Positions 8,889 through 18,788 of a stretch of DNA of 41,580 nt are shown in pieces (the first letter of the stretch is position 1; each line of letters opens with the position of its first letter). Location of the stretch: IMG/VR virus record IMGVR_UViG_2565956608_000009. One strand, 5' to 3'. The stretch comes from a virus (Duplodnaviria > Heunggongvirae > Uroviricota > Caudoviricetes). Both the position numbers and the translations under genes were made by a program. Below the pieces are notes generated by a model that saw only the letters and a list, made by a program, of their open reading frames with translations, was not told the origin of the DNA and did no database searches.

Positions 8889-9044
8889 ATGCGTTAAGCA
8901 CAGCTATATCCGAATTATGGTGGGCTGGGCAGGGGTCCGAAAGGACGCCGGTACCACTTAGGCCGGTACGCCAACCTTGTCCAGTTCACCACCAGTAATT
9001 GGCGTTGCGGTGGTGATTAAAATCACTAAGTGGAGATAACCACC

Positions 9045-9755
9045 ATGGCTAATGCTCAAACTTCCATCTTCAAATTTGAATCTGTTAACCCTATCCGTTC
9101 CATCATTATCGATGGCCAACCATGGTTTGTAGCCCAAGACGTTTGTAGTGCGCTGCGTATCCAAAACGTCACCCAAGCACTTGAAAAACTGGATGATGAT
9201 GAAAGGTCTATGTTCAACATAGGGCATGAACATCGTGCAATTTTTGACAGCCGAGTAAAAGAGATCAACATCATCTCCGAGTCAGGCCTCTACACACTGA
9301 TCCTCAGATGCCGCGACGCAGTGACACCAGGCACTATCCCCTACCGCTTTCGTAAATGGGTTACAGGTGAGGTTCTTCCTCAGATCCGCCGCACCGGAAG
9401 TTACATTAAAAACTCGCTCCCGCAGGAAGAACGCATAAAGATGGTTGCCGACCAGGTAGCCAACGCCACGGCGTCAGCAGTAATGCAGGCGATGAAGATA
9501 GAGAACAAAACCTACAGTGCCCCACTGAAGCCCGGCTACCGCAGTCTGATTCACTCGCCGTCTGGTGTTCTCGGCCTGACGGAGAACTCACTGCTGATGA
9601 ATCTGCTGAACCAGTTGCAGGACGACGGGCATGATGTATCGGGCGCGGCAGCGGAGCTGACCACCATGTTCTGCTACATCGTCGGTGTGAGCAAGTGCCT
9701 GCGTGATATCCAGACCCACGCGGAGTATATCAACGACAAAGCAGGGTTCTTCTGA
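9045..9755 (+). CDS. Antirepressor, Bro-N (KilA-N-type) N-terminal domain with Ant-type C-terminal domain
   Basis: Start ATG 9045 with SD GGAGA (track start is GTG 9030); N-terminal motif FVAQDVCSALRIQNVTQALEKLDDDE...YTLILR and VLPQIRRTGSY typical of Bro-N antirepressors. Confidence 0.8.
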   Translation: MANAQTSIFKFESVNPIRSIIIDGQPWFVAQDVCSALRIQNVTQALEKLDDDERSMFNIGHEHRAIFDSRVKEINIISESGLYTLILRCRDAVTPGTIPYRFRKWVTGEVLPQIRRTGSYIKNSLPQEERIKMVADQVANATASAVMQAMKIENKTYSAPLKPGYRSLIHSPSGVLGLTENSLLMNLLNQLQDDGHDVSGAAAELTTMFCYIVGVSKCLRDIQTHAEYINDKAGFF

Positions 9756-9827
9756 CGAGCGGCGGCACACGGATGTGCCTTTAAATAATTCTGTACAGAT
9801 TGCAGACTGGGGGTGAATAGCGTACTA

Positions 9828-9842
9828 TTACCTCAAGGGTAA
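9828..9842. promoter_or_regulatory. Operator palindrome TTACC-tcaag-GGTAA overlapping a candidate promoter
   Basis: Perfect copy; preceded by -35-like TTGCAG (9800-9805) and -10-like TACTAT (9823-9828). Confidence 0.55.
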
Positions 9843-9901
9843 GAAAGCATTTTTAATCTTCCCTTCAAAACGCGTCCTGTAGCCAAACATGGGAGGACGA
9901 A

Positions 9902-10534
9902 ATGAGAACAAATACAACAAGAAAAGCGATGCCATACATTATCCCAGAAGCAGATTTCGATAGAAAACTGAACATGTCTGAGAAGAACACTAGTCACACC
10001 GAAAGCTACTTAGCGAAAGGTGTGGTTGATTTCGTTCTTCCGGGATTCACAACACCTTATGGTTATCGCCTTGTAAAATCTTGTAATGGCGATCATTACA
10101 GAATGATTACTACCAGCGATACTCCAGAAACGGTGTATGCGGTTAAGTTAATCTTTCGGGAAGATATCGTCGAAGCCAAAAGAACATGTACGCAGATCAT
10201 GGTATGGCGTACGCCTAATGTTATTCATGACCGTGCTGTTCATGGTTTGCCTCAGATTTTTTTTCAGTTCTTCCTAGAGCAATATGCGATCGTTGTATCT
10301 GATGAGCAACAAACAATCGATGGGAGAAGATTCTGGGAAAGAATGATTTCTTGGGCTATAAACACCCCAGGATATAATGTATACGTTTCAGATGGCTCTG
10401 AAGAAGATAGACCTCTTAGCTTCATGACATCATGGGATGATTTCTATAGCCAGTGGGCTGATTTCTGTTGGGGCAGTGATAAAGATGTGCATACCCACAG
10501 ACTACTGGTTATAAGCAAAGATAAACTGCATTAA
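9902..10534 (+). CDS. Hypothetical protein (moron), no recognisable domain
   Basis: 210 aa; strong SD GGGAGGA at 9891-9897; own operator/promoter upstream and terminator downstream; starts with AGA codons. Confidence 0.6.
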   Translation: MRTNTTRKAMPYIIPEADFDRKLNMSEKNTSHTESYLAKGVVDFVLPGFTTPYGYRLVKSCNGDHYRMITTSDTPETVYAVKLIFREDIVEAKRTCTQIMVWRTPNVIHDRAVHGLPQIFFQFFLEQYAIVVSDEQQTIDGRRFWERMISWAINTPGYNVYVSDGSEEDRPLSFMTSWDDFYSQWADFCWGSDKDVHTHRLLVISKDKLH

Positions 10535-10538
10535 TAGA

Positions 10539-10561
10539 AGCCCGCAGCGCGGGCTTTTTTG
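10539..10561 (+). terminator. Rho-independent terminator
   Basis: AGCCCGC-agc-GCGGGCT followed by TTTTTT. Confidence 0.65.
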
Positions 10562-10631
10562 TGGATGAAACAAAAGTCAGTGCTACACTCATTGACGCCA
10601 CATTGAGGTGGCTTATAGATGGAAATTTCAA

Positions 10632-10793
10632 ATGAAAAAAGCATTTGCTGCACTGTTCGTTTTGTTGTCTCTGGTAGCTTCAACTCAGGCCTTTGCCGGT
10701 CGTTGTCAGCACGACAGCGATACTGCCGCTGACGGCTCCCGCTGCGGTGGGCGTTCTGCGGATTCTCGCCCGGGCGGCGGTGGCATTCGTTAA
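10632..10793 (+). CDS. Small secreted peptide (signal peptide plus about 31-aa mature Cys-containing peptide)
   Basis: 53 aa from ATG 10632 (track starts at GTG 10608); MKKAFAALFVLLSLVASTQAFA signal with AFA-G cleavage motif; weak SD. Confidence 0.4.
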   Translation: MKKAFAALFVLLSLVASTQAFAGRCQHDSDTAADGSRCGGRSADSRPGGGGIR

Positions 10794-10800
10794 AAAACAA

Positions 10801-10816
10801 GGCCGCGAAAGCGGCC
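10801..10816. terminator. Terminator hairpin closing the minus-strand late operon (also follows the + strand small gene)
   Basis: GGCCGC-gaaa-GCGGCC; on the minus strand followed by TTGTTTTTT. Confidence 0.6.
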
Positions 10817-10817
10817 T

Positions 10818-10829
10818 GTGACATGTCAC
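10818..10829. repeat. 12-bp perfect palindrome GTGACATGTCAC, copy 1 of 3
   Basis: Identical 12-mer also at 28049-28060 and 30314-30325; copies 1 and 3 share the extended GTGACATGTCACACT. Confidence 0.6.
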
Positions 10830-10986
10830 ACTCACGTTATGACAAGCCTATGTATCCTGCTACACCAGATAATATCAAAATAACTGCAACAGCAAATTCG
10901 CCATCGTCAATGATACATTTACGGTTCATAACGCCAAGTGCAACAAGCGCAAACACAACAAGAATAAAAGCAATCATTTCTCATCC

Positions 10987-13461
10987 TTATTGCGGAGTGA
11001 CATCCTGTGGTCGCCACCAGTATGTCTGGTTAAACTCTTTCTTCGAACGTTGCTCCATTTTACGCAAATAGCCTGGTGAAAAATACTCCTGCATCTGGTT
11101 AAAGATCATGTGATCGAGAGCCGCCTTCAAGTACCAGAGATTCGCACCTGGCATCAGCCCCTTCCCCAGCTTAACCAGATCACCACCAGTCTGCTCATTC
11201 TTCCCTTCCACAGCATTTAACGGTATGCCCTGAGCAATCTTCACTACGTCATCAACCAGACCAGCTACCGGGCCAAGCATCGACGCCAGCGCGCCGCTTC
11301 CGTACCTAGTGTGATCTGACAATAAAAAGTCACCGTAAAGGCCAAGACCACCACCTTTCAGTAGAGCACCAAGCCAAAATTTAGCAGCATCTTCTCCTGT
11401 CATCTCGCGATGATTACGACCAGACGCAAGGTCGTTAAGTTGCTGAGACAAAGCGCCAAGAATGGTCGTGCTGGCAATAAACGTCGCAATATATGCCGCA
11501 CGCCCACCAGCAGACGGCATACCCATAGCGCGTGACCAGTGACGCATAACCACCGAGATAGGGAACGATTTAAACAGGAAAACACTTCTCGTTAATTCAC
11601 CTTTCCATGTTCCACGCTGAATACCAGAACCGGTTATCAGTTGCTCACGTGCTCCCGGTGTAATAACAGCCATATCAACTTCTTCAGTTACGGCACCGAG
11701 CAGTTTACGCATTGCCTCAAATTTCACGCGTTCAGGCTCACCAAGATGTTTAACTGCTGAATCAGGGATACGCATAATGCTTTCCGGTGTCAGCATCGTA
11801 TTATTACCGTTCCCCCAGTCCTCCTGTTGCGCCAGCTTCCATACGCTCCAGTCTGTGTCAGTAATCCCTTTGCTTTTCAGGATACGAAAATCAGAGTCAT
11901 CGAGGCTACGAAGGTCTGGTGTCCGTGACACTACTTCTCCCAGGCTTCCCATCATGGTTACGCCATAGGCGCGCTTGTGCGCATCTGACCATGCTGTAAG
12001 CCCACTGGCACGCATTACCGCCGTTGCAGCCCAACGAGACACTGACGGCCCCATATTATCCATCGCCCAGCGGTTAACGCTGCCAAGTAGAGATTCCATC
12101 GCCAGACCAGCGCGGCGCGCCCGCGCAAGCTCAGTACGGTTCGTTGGGTCCATAGCTTCAAGCTGGTTGCGGAATAACTGGTTCATTGGAAGGTTGGTCA
12201 CCTTCGCAGACAGATACATGGTTCCAAGATCAGAGAACGATGACAGCAACGCGGATCCGAGTCTGCTGGCAACCAGCCAGTTGCGGATATTGTCAGACCA
12301 TCGCGCGATGTGCGGATTTGCTACAGGCTGTGTCTTTCCGGAAATAAAGTTGTACAGATTCTCTGTGTTGTTCGCCAGCCGCTCGACTTTACCGGTTTTA
12401 CTCGGGTTAGCTGTTGCCGTTTCTGCCTTCACCTGATCAAGAAGAGAGCGGAAAACATGATCGGGGTTTGGGCCATATGTTTCCACCAGTGCAATATCTT
12501 TACTGATACCTTCCAGGTGACCGACCATGATTTCCCATAGAGAGCGATCGCCATAAAGTTGCTGATATTGCAGATAGGAATCTGCATCTTTGAAATGTAT
12601 CTGTCGTGATGCATTACCACGGTTAGCACGTGCGCCGGAAATTCGCATTCCGGTATCAGTAAGCTTATTCAGCCCACCAGTAGCGATCGTGTTATAAGCC
12701 TCTCCAAGAAATGCAGACAACTCGGCATCGTTCATCAGTTGTCCATCGGCTCGGATATAATATTTGCGATCCAGCTTACCTATAACATCGCTAACCCACT
12801 TATCCTTTGATACCGCCCCAACCTTTTCCATAGAATGATGTTGAGGGATCCCCCAGTTTTCGAGATAGCCAATGTCCCCACCAGCATCATTAAACCGGCG
12901 GCGCAGCAGCTCTGTAACTTCTCTCCACGCCTTAGCACCTTTTCTTGCTTTAGCATTGCCAGTATTTTGCCCCCGCATTTCATATACCAGGTCACGTACG
13001 CCCGCTTCATCTTCAAACAGACCAAAAAAGCGAGGATCAACTGCTTCGAATGCCTCCTGCAATTGACTCAATGCATAATCACGGGTGGCTTTTGTTCTGG
13101 ATTCAACAGAGAGGAAATTAGACTTACCGTCTGCATTAAAAGCTATAGTACGGTTAAGAGCGCCAAGTTTCCCATCAGCCCCTTGATAGCTATTGATAAA
13201 TTTATCCAATCTCTGACGTGCAGCTATAGTGAGAGCCACACGACGTTTCTTTAATGCCGCTTCTCGCTGTAATTCTTCAGATGCCAATTGTGCTGCACGA
13301 TACAGCCGCTCTGACTCGGAAAGTTGTCGCCACGACATAGGGTCATCACGAGCAATGGAGCGCATATTGCGATAAATGCGGTCTTCAATGTTCTGTATTT
13401 CTCGCGCCGTTAACGTGCGCTGCGCCGCCTGCTGGACCGCTTGTATACATTCCTGTCTCAT
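10987..13461 (-). CDS. Internal virion / ejection protein (large)
   Basis: 824 aa; position between nozzle-side genes and tailspike as in T7-like core protein sets; no specific motif recognised. Confidence 0.6.
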   Translation of the reverse strand: MRQECIQAVQQAAQRTLTAREIQNIEDRIYRNMRSIARDDPMSWRQLSESERLYRAAQLASEELQREAALKKRRVALTIAARQRLDKFINSYQGADGKLGALNRTIAFNADGKSNFLSVESRTKATRDYALSQLQEAFEAVDPRFFGLFEDEAGVRDLVYEMRGQNTGNAKARKGAKAWREVTELLRRRFNDAGGDIGYLENWGIPQHHSMEKVGAVSKDKWVSDVIGKLDRKYYIRADGQLMNDAELSAFLGEAYNTIATGGLNKLTDTGMRISGARANRGNASRQIHFKDADSYLQYQQLYGDRSLWEIMVGHLEGISKDIALVETYGPNPDHVFRSLLDQVKAETATANPSKTGKVERLANNTENLYNFISGKTQPVANPHIARWSDNIRNWLVASRLGSALLSSFSDLGTMYLSAKVTNLPMNQLFRNQLEAMDPTNRTELARARRAGLAMESLLGSVNRWAMDNMGPSVSRWAATAVMRASGLTAWSDAHKRAYGVTMMGSLGEVVSRTPDLRSLDDSDFRILKSKGITDTDWSVWKLAQQEDWGNGNNTMLTPESIMRIPDSAVKHLGEPERVKFEAMRKLLGAVTEEVDMAVITPGAREQLITGSGIQRGTWKGELTRSVFLFKSFPISVVMRHWSRAMGMPSAGGRAAYIATFIASTTILGALSQQLNDLASGRNHREMTGEDAAKFWLGALLKGGGLGLYGDFLLSDHTRYGSGALASMLGPVAGLVDDVVKIAQGIPLNAVEGKNEQTGGDLVKLGKGLMPGANLWYLKAALDHMIFNQMQEYFSPGYLRKMEQRSKKEFNQTYWWRPQDVTPQ

Positions 13462-13466
13462 TTAAT

Positions 13467-15269
13467 TTAACCTCTCAAGAAACACGCCACAGCAACATCA
13501 AACAGGCTGGAATCCTGTATTGCCTGCTCACTTTCCCTGTTAGCTTCATCCAGTACTTCACGCGCACTGCGCGATTGTGGATTACCATCATCATCCAGCA
13601 CGGTGATTATCATGTCAGGCGATTCAAGCAGCGAGTCTTCAGCTATACGCAGATCAATATCTCCTGCCGGATCTGCCATCATTTTTTGTTCTGTCTGTTG
13701 CAATATCTTACCGGGCTCAAAAGGAGCTACTTCGTCTGGCGTCCTGACCTCTGCTGTTTTATAGAATGAAACAGCCTGAGCATTAAGTTCACTTTCTGCC
13801 TGCTGTCGCCGTGCCAGTTCTGCTCGAGCTTCAAAAAACTGACCTCCAGGCTCGTGCGGTGCCAACGCGTTACGGGAAAATTCCAGGCGTTCTTGTGCCT
13901 GCCGGATTCGTTGATCAATATCACGAAGTCTGGCCTGTTTATCTGATCGAGCACGAGACAAAGCTTTACCGCTACCGGTTGGCTCTTCTGCAAGAATTTG
14001 TGCACGCTGTTCAGTGAGATTTTCAATAATTCGTTGGCTATTAGCGATTTCAGACTGGTAAACCTGTCTATCTCCACGCGGCAAAAGCTGCGCGGCCTGT
14101 TCTTCAAGCAACCGATTTTCTATAGCGCGCGCCGTTACTCCATCATCTACAGATGACAGAGCCTCATTAACTGCCTGAGACAGCAGACTCTTGCGCCCAG
14201 GAATTTCACTGAAAGATGCAGACTCAACAATGCTGGCAACGTCTACAGGTCTCCCCTGGCTAACATCAGACATAGCTTTTCGCAGAGCCTGAATGTGAGA
14301 ATTGCGCGAAAGCACGTTGATCGGCACGCCGGGCGCAATATCAATTTCAGCATGATGAGCGGCATTCGCCGCCAGTGCAGCATCAATATCAACTGGTGAA
14401 AAATTTGGTGCGCTTGTAGACTCGCCGCGAGAGTTAATAAATCTGCCGACACCACCAAACGCCACCCCAAGAACAGCATCAATAGCAATTGCCTGTCGAT
14501 CCAACACATCATACTGGTTAGCCATTTCGCTATAGCCACCATCACGAAGCGTTTTTGCAGTAAGCCCACGCTGTGCCATACCGAACGCAATATTTGTACC
14601 TGCGGCATAGGCAATATCTGGCGTTGCACTTACTGCTGTTGCTGCGGCGCGTCGCACTGAACTTTCACCCGTCCGCGCAAGCTGAGCCGCCACACCTTCC
14701 GCCAGCGCACCACCAGCACGTAACCCGAGGCTCATAGGGATCATTGTTCCGGCACCAGCAGTAATACCCTGCACTAATCCCGCTTCCTGCGCCGTCCTGA
14801 AATCAACACCCTGTGCTGTCAGCCGTTCAAACTCAGAAAAACCCTGTAGCGAAGTTACCGCCGCAGCACCTCCGGCCGGACCACCGAGCGTTGTACCGAT
14901 AACAGCCTGCCCGCCCATATCGAACAACCCATAAAGAACCTGCCCGGCGGTTCCGGTTGTCGCGGCATCAGGCGTCAGCCGCTTAACCTGCTGCTCTGCT
15001 AGTTTTCTCTGCTCGGCAATGTATGAAACTGAAGTGTCATTGAGCGAGGTGTTTTCGTTAACAAACTGAGCAATCGGGGATACGATTTTATCCATCCCTG
15101 CCCAGAGCAACTGATCTGGCTTTGCCACCAGCCCGGAGTACAAACCAGACAATGCCGCTCCTACAGCATTGTCGAAAAAACCAACATCGCTGTTAAAGCC
15201 AGCTGGATTTGATGCTGCTTCGTCAAGCTGCTGATTCTGGTTTACTGGATTAAGGCCAAAGTAACTCAT
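13467..15269 (-). CDS. Internal virion / ejection protein (Gly/Ala-rich)
   Basis: 600 aa; Gly/Ala-rich N-terminal half, coiled-coil C-terminal half; part of the same tightly packed operon. Confidence 0.6.
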   Translation of the reverse strand: MSYFGLNPVNQNQQLDEAASNPAGFNSDVGFFDNAVGAALSGLYSGLVAKPDQLLWAGMDKIVSPIAQFVNENTSLNDTSVSYIAEQRKLAEQQVKRLTPDAATTGTAGQVLYGLFDMGGQAVIGTTLGGPAGGAAAVTSLQGFSEFERLTAQGVDFRTAQEAGLVQGITAGAGTMIPMSLGLRAGGALAEGVAAQLARTGESSVRRAAATAVSATPDIAYAAGTNIAFGMAQRGLTAKTLRDGGYSEMANQYDVLDRQAIAIDAVLGVAFGGVGRFINSRGESTSAPNFSPVDIDAALAANAAHHAEIDIAPGVPINVLSRNSHIQALRKAMSDVSQGRPVDVASIVESASFSEIPGRKSLLSQAVNEALSSVDDGVTARAIENRLLEEQAAQLLPRGDRQVYQSEIANSQRIIENLTEQRAQILAEEPTGSGKALSRARSDKQARLRDIDQRIRQAQERLEFSRNALAPHEPGGQFFEARAELARRQQAESELNAQAVSFYKTAEVRTPDEVAPFEPGKILQQTEQKMMADPAGDIDLRIAEDSLLESPDMIITVLDDDGNPQSRSAREVLDEANRESEQAIQDSSLFDVAVACFLRG

Positions 15270-17779
15270 TGCGGAATATCTCCGGAGAATCTCTGACGCT
15301 TCTGTGTCAGATCAAGAACAACGGGAGAACCATCATCTTTTAGCAGATAACCAGTACCAAGTTTCACCAGGTACTGACTATCGCCGTAACTTTGCAAACC
15401 ATACTGACCAGGCGGTGTTTTTATCCCTGTGCCAACAACTTGTTCATTCCAAGCCTGATTAACCTGCTTATCGAATTGCTCTGCAGACATTCCCCACGGC
15501 AAAAGAACATTCCCCATTCCGTTATAGTCATGCACGCCACCTGTAGCTACGTTAACAGCCTGTTTCCAGATATCATTGTCAATTTCGCCTGATACCACGC
15601 CTTTTTTCGCCATCACACCAGCGTAATAGTCCTTTGCGATCTCGTATGCCATTGATGCCCCCTGAGCATCACCAGCAAATGCATCCTTCACCATGTCAGA
15701 AAACTCAAGGCGGAGATCAGCATCTTTAGGCATCGGAATACCTTTCGCGTCATCAGTACCTTTACGAGCCGCCGCGCCAGCAAGAATTGTCTGCGCAGCG
15801 GTTTCAGGAGACACGGAAACATCCGGATTAAACCAGTTTTTTTCTGCCAAAATACCACCTGGCTTATCCATCAGTATCCCGGCAACGGCAGCAGATGGAG
15901 CGTTGGCACTGATCTGCTGTAGTGCTGACATATACACCTGCCCACCACCAGTGCTCTGCCTGATGGTATCGAGATATGCTGCCTGTTGGGAAACGGGCGC
16001 ATCACGAAAGAAAACACCGATCTGATTGGCCTCGTCTTTGGAAAAGAACGTCAGTGGAGTGCCATATGACTTAGCAAGGTCACTGACCTGAGCAGCACGC
16101 AAGGCAACGCTCTGTCCAAAGTTATCCTTATTGCTCATGTCGATAGGCTTTGCCTGTCCGGCGGCAAGAGAGAACTGTACAGGATCAGCCTGTCGCTGCT
16201 TTATCACCTGACTTGCAGCCGACACAACGTTGTCATAAAGAGCGGCTCGTGCCGCATAACCCTCCCCTGTCTCACCAGTATCCGGGCGTAATTGCTCAAC
16301 ATATGCTGTAATGCTGCTTGTCGGCATGTTGCGGAAAGAGCCTATATACTGTCCGGCGATTTGCGTATTTCTGAACTCGGTATATCGCAGTTTTCCTTCT
16401 CTGACTCCATAAGCTGCAATAAAATCAGCCTCACCAGGTGGGTTAGGAAATTCAACGCCACGCATATACGCAGCTGTCGCATCGCGAACCTGGCTGTCAA
16501 TCATCGTTTTATATTCAGCCTGCTGCTGCCGACGCAGTTGATCCGCCTGTCGCATAAAACTTGCCTGCGCCTCAGGAGATGCCGCATCGAATGCTGCATT
16601 ACCGGTATAGCGTTTGGTGTTGGTTGGAATTGTTGATAAACCAAGTGCTGCACTGACACCAGCAGTTAACTGCTGATCACTGTATGGCTGGCTACCGTTC
16701 TCATGATGGATAATGGCTGCACAAAGCGCCTTCAGGGTATCAGGATTAGATGCATCGAGAGGCTCATCAGCAGAAACGCCAAGTTGTTCGCACACTGCTT
16801 TGATATACGACATAGTGTCATTTTTATCAGTAGGCGGTGCCCAGCGATTAATTATCTCGCTGACGGTATCAATACCCTGCCTCTGATACGACATCAGGTT
16901 CCGCCCTAATGCACGAATCCCGTGTTCAGGTGTTTCGAATTTAGCAAATCGACCATCATCACCGGTCTGGCCTACCCACGGATTAGTTTTGCTGTATTCG
17001 AGATTTCCTGGGTTATTGTTGCGTATGCCACGGGCACGCTCGGAAGAGTCACTATCTGCTACAGCACGGCGAGCTCCAGCAGCAGTATCGCTTAACTCGC
17101 CATTACTTTGGATAAATGAGATCGCATTGTTTGCCGACCACTGGGACAATGCTGCATCAGCAACCTTCTCTTTAAACTCGATTTTCTTGGCCTGTATTTG
17201 CTCGTCGCTCCAGCCATGTGCAGCACCGTACTCCTCAATTTGCTGGAAAGTTTGCTTATTAGCCAATACGTATGCGGCATTGTCGCCATACAATGCTGCG
17301 GCATTTTTACCATTGTTCAGCAGCGTCGCCTGAAACTGACCTTCTTCGTAGGCATTTATTTGCCCTATCTCGTGCCGCCCGGCCTGCGTAGTGAACTGAA
17401 TACGCTGCTGCTGCGCCTGCTGCATGAAAGCATTACGAGCCTGTTCATCCGGCAGCGACATAGCCAGTTGTTCGATCTGAGCATCAAACTGCTGCGTATA
17501 CTCCTGACCTTTTCCAATAGCATTTTTCCATTTCAGGTTAAGCAAACCTGTTTCAGGGTTATTCAGCAGATCGCTGCCTGTCTGACTGAGTTTAAGGGAT
17601 GCCTCCTGAGCCAGAGCGATATTGGCACGCTGTTTTGCCTGACCAAAAACATCAATTGTCTCTGCCCCTGCCCGAACAAAAGCATCACCAATACCTGGCT
17701 GAGAAAACGTCTGCAAGCCTGCTGACTGAACTCCACGGCTCTCAACCTGACGTCCGGATACTGTTGGTACGACTGGCAT
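15266..17779 (-). CDS. Internal virion protein with peptidoglycan-hydrolase-like domain
   Basis: Start ATG 17777-17779 overlapping the upstream stop (TAATG); central motif ARGIRNNNPGNLEY...HGIRALGRNL resembles virion-associated muralytic domains. Confidence 0.7.
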   Translation of the reverse strand: MPVVPTVSGRQVESRGVQSAGLQTFSQPGIGDAFVRAGAETIDVFGQAKQRANIALAQEASLKLSQTGSDLLNNPETGLLNLKWKNAIGKGQEYTQQFDAQIEQLAMSLPDEQARNAFMQQAQQQRIQFTTQAGRHEIGQINAYEEGQFQATLLNNGKNAAALYGDNAAYVLANKQTFQQIEEYGAAHGWSDEQIQAKKIEFKEKVADAALSQWSANNAISFIQSNGELSDTAAGARRAVADSDSSERARGIRNNNPGNLEYSKTNPWVGQTGDDGRFAKFETPEHGIRALGRNLMSYQRQGIDTVSEIINRWAPPTDKNDTMSYIKAVCEQLGVSADEPLDASNPDTLKALCAAIIHHENGSQPYSDQQLTAGVSAALGLSTIPTNTKRYTGNAAFDAASPEAQASFMRQADQLRRQQQAEYKTMIDSQVRDATAAYMRGVEFPNPPGEADFIAAYGVREGKLRYTEFRNTQIAGQYIGSFRNMPTSSITAYVEQLRPDTGETGEGYAARAALYDNVVSAASQVIKQRQADPVQFSLAAGQAKPIDMSNKDNFGQSVALRAAQVSDLAKSYGTPLTFFSKDEANQIGVFFRDAPVSQQAAYLDTIRQSTGGGQVYMSALQQISANAPSAAVAGILMDKPGGILAEKNWFNPDVSVSPETAAQTILAGAAARKGTDDAKGIPMPKDADLRLEFSDMVKDAFAGDAQGASMAYEIAKDYYAGVMAKKGVVSGEIDNDIWKQAVNVATGGVHDYNGMGNVLLPWGMSAEQFDKQVNQAWNEQVVGTGIKTPPGQYGLQSYGDSQYLVKLGTGYLLKDDGSPVVLDLTQKRQRFSGDIPQ

Positions 17780-18324
17780 TATAATCCTCCAGGTAATCTG
17801 GTTCCTGCTGCTGCCCCGATTGGCGCAGGAGTGCTTTGAGTAAACGGACTCCACGTCCCACCAAACATCTGGTACGCACCGTATGCCTTCAGAGGCGCAG
17901 TGAGCAATGTTGTTGCTGCTCCCACATTCCCCTGTTTACGGGCTGAACTGGCTTCTGCTTTATAGTTAGCAGCCTGAACCTGATAACCGTAAGCCTCGCG
18001 TTGCGCGTTATTCACCGTCGTCAGCGAATCAAGGGCGCCAAACTGAGCAGTGTCACCAAATATATCCAGCGCGTTACCTGTAGATAAATCGGCGCCGGTC
18101 GCCCCCATTGTCGCCGCCTGTGTACCAAGCCGCTGTCGGGTCTCTCTGCGCCGTTGCTCAGCTTCAGCGTTACCCCTATTTATTGCATCATTTGCCTGAG
18201 CTGTGGCTATATCTGCGTTCGCTTCTGCAACCTTCGAGGCATACTTTCCCTGTTGGTACTGGGTGTATGCCTGAATGCCACTCATGGCGAGCATTGCGCC
18301 ACCAGCAATAACCGGATCGCACAT
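17779..18324 (-). CDS. Small internal virion protein, function unknown
   Basis: 181 aa; Ala/Gln-rich; translationally coupled within the late operon. Confidence 0.5.
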   Translation of the reverse strand: MCDPVIAGGAMLAMSGIQAYTQYQQGKYASKVAEANADIATAQANDAINRGNAEAEQRRRETRQRLGTQAATMGATGADLSTGNALDIFGDTAQFGALDSLTTVNNAQREAYGYQVQAANYKAEASSARKQGNVGAATTLLTAPLKAYGAYQMFGGTWSPFTQSTPAPIGAAAGTRLPGGL

Positions 18325-18788
18325 TATTTTCTCTCCATGTGAAATCTGTGGAAATTAAGACCAAGAGCACCATAAGGCGCGGCTTCTTCAAGCCTGAATC
18401 CAAGCCAGTGGAGCCATGCTTTGGCAACATGGTTTCGCTCGTCGACGTAGTTTTCCAGGCGCGGATAAACTGCCAGCATCTGCCGCAATACAGGGTGGCA
18501 GTGGCGAAGAAATGTCTTCTGATATTTTTCAATACGGCTGGTCCCGACCAGCCAGGGCGTACCATTGCCACCGATCATTGACGCCGGAGATACACCAAAC
18601 ATGGTTACCAGTTCTCCGTTCGCGAACCCTGACCAGGCCATAGTCGCAGTGCGCAGACCAACACGCAGCGCATCTTCGGTAGTCATCAGCGATACCGCAT
18701 ACAGTTCGTCAATATCAGCCTGACGAACATCCGGCAAAATCATCTGAAGATGCTCTTCGGTTGCGGGAATAATTTGAACACCAATCAT
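18324..18788 (-). CDS. Hypothetical late protein
   Basis: 154 aa; start overlaps the stop of the upstream gene (ATGA). Confidence 0.5.
   Translation of the reverse strand: MIGVQIIPATEEHLQMILPDVRQADIDELYAVSLMTTEDALRVGLRTATMAWSGFANGELVTMFGVSPASMIGGNGTPWLVGTSRIEKYQKTFLRHCHPVLRQMLAVYPRLENYVDERNHVAKAWLHWLGFRLEEAAPYGALGLNFHRFHMERK

Noticed and set aside
8687-8998. 103-aa plus-strand ORF upstream of the antirepressor
   Set aside because: It spans three hairpins and a T7 terminator, has a TTG start and no SD; more likely a structured leader.
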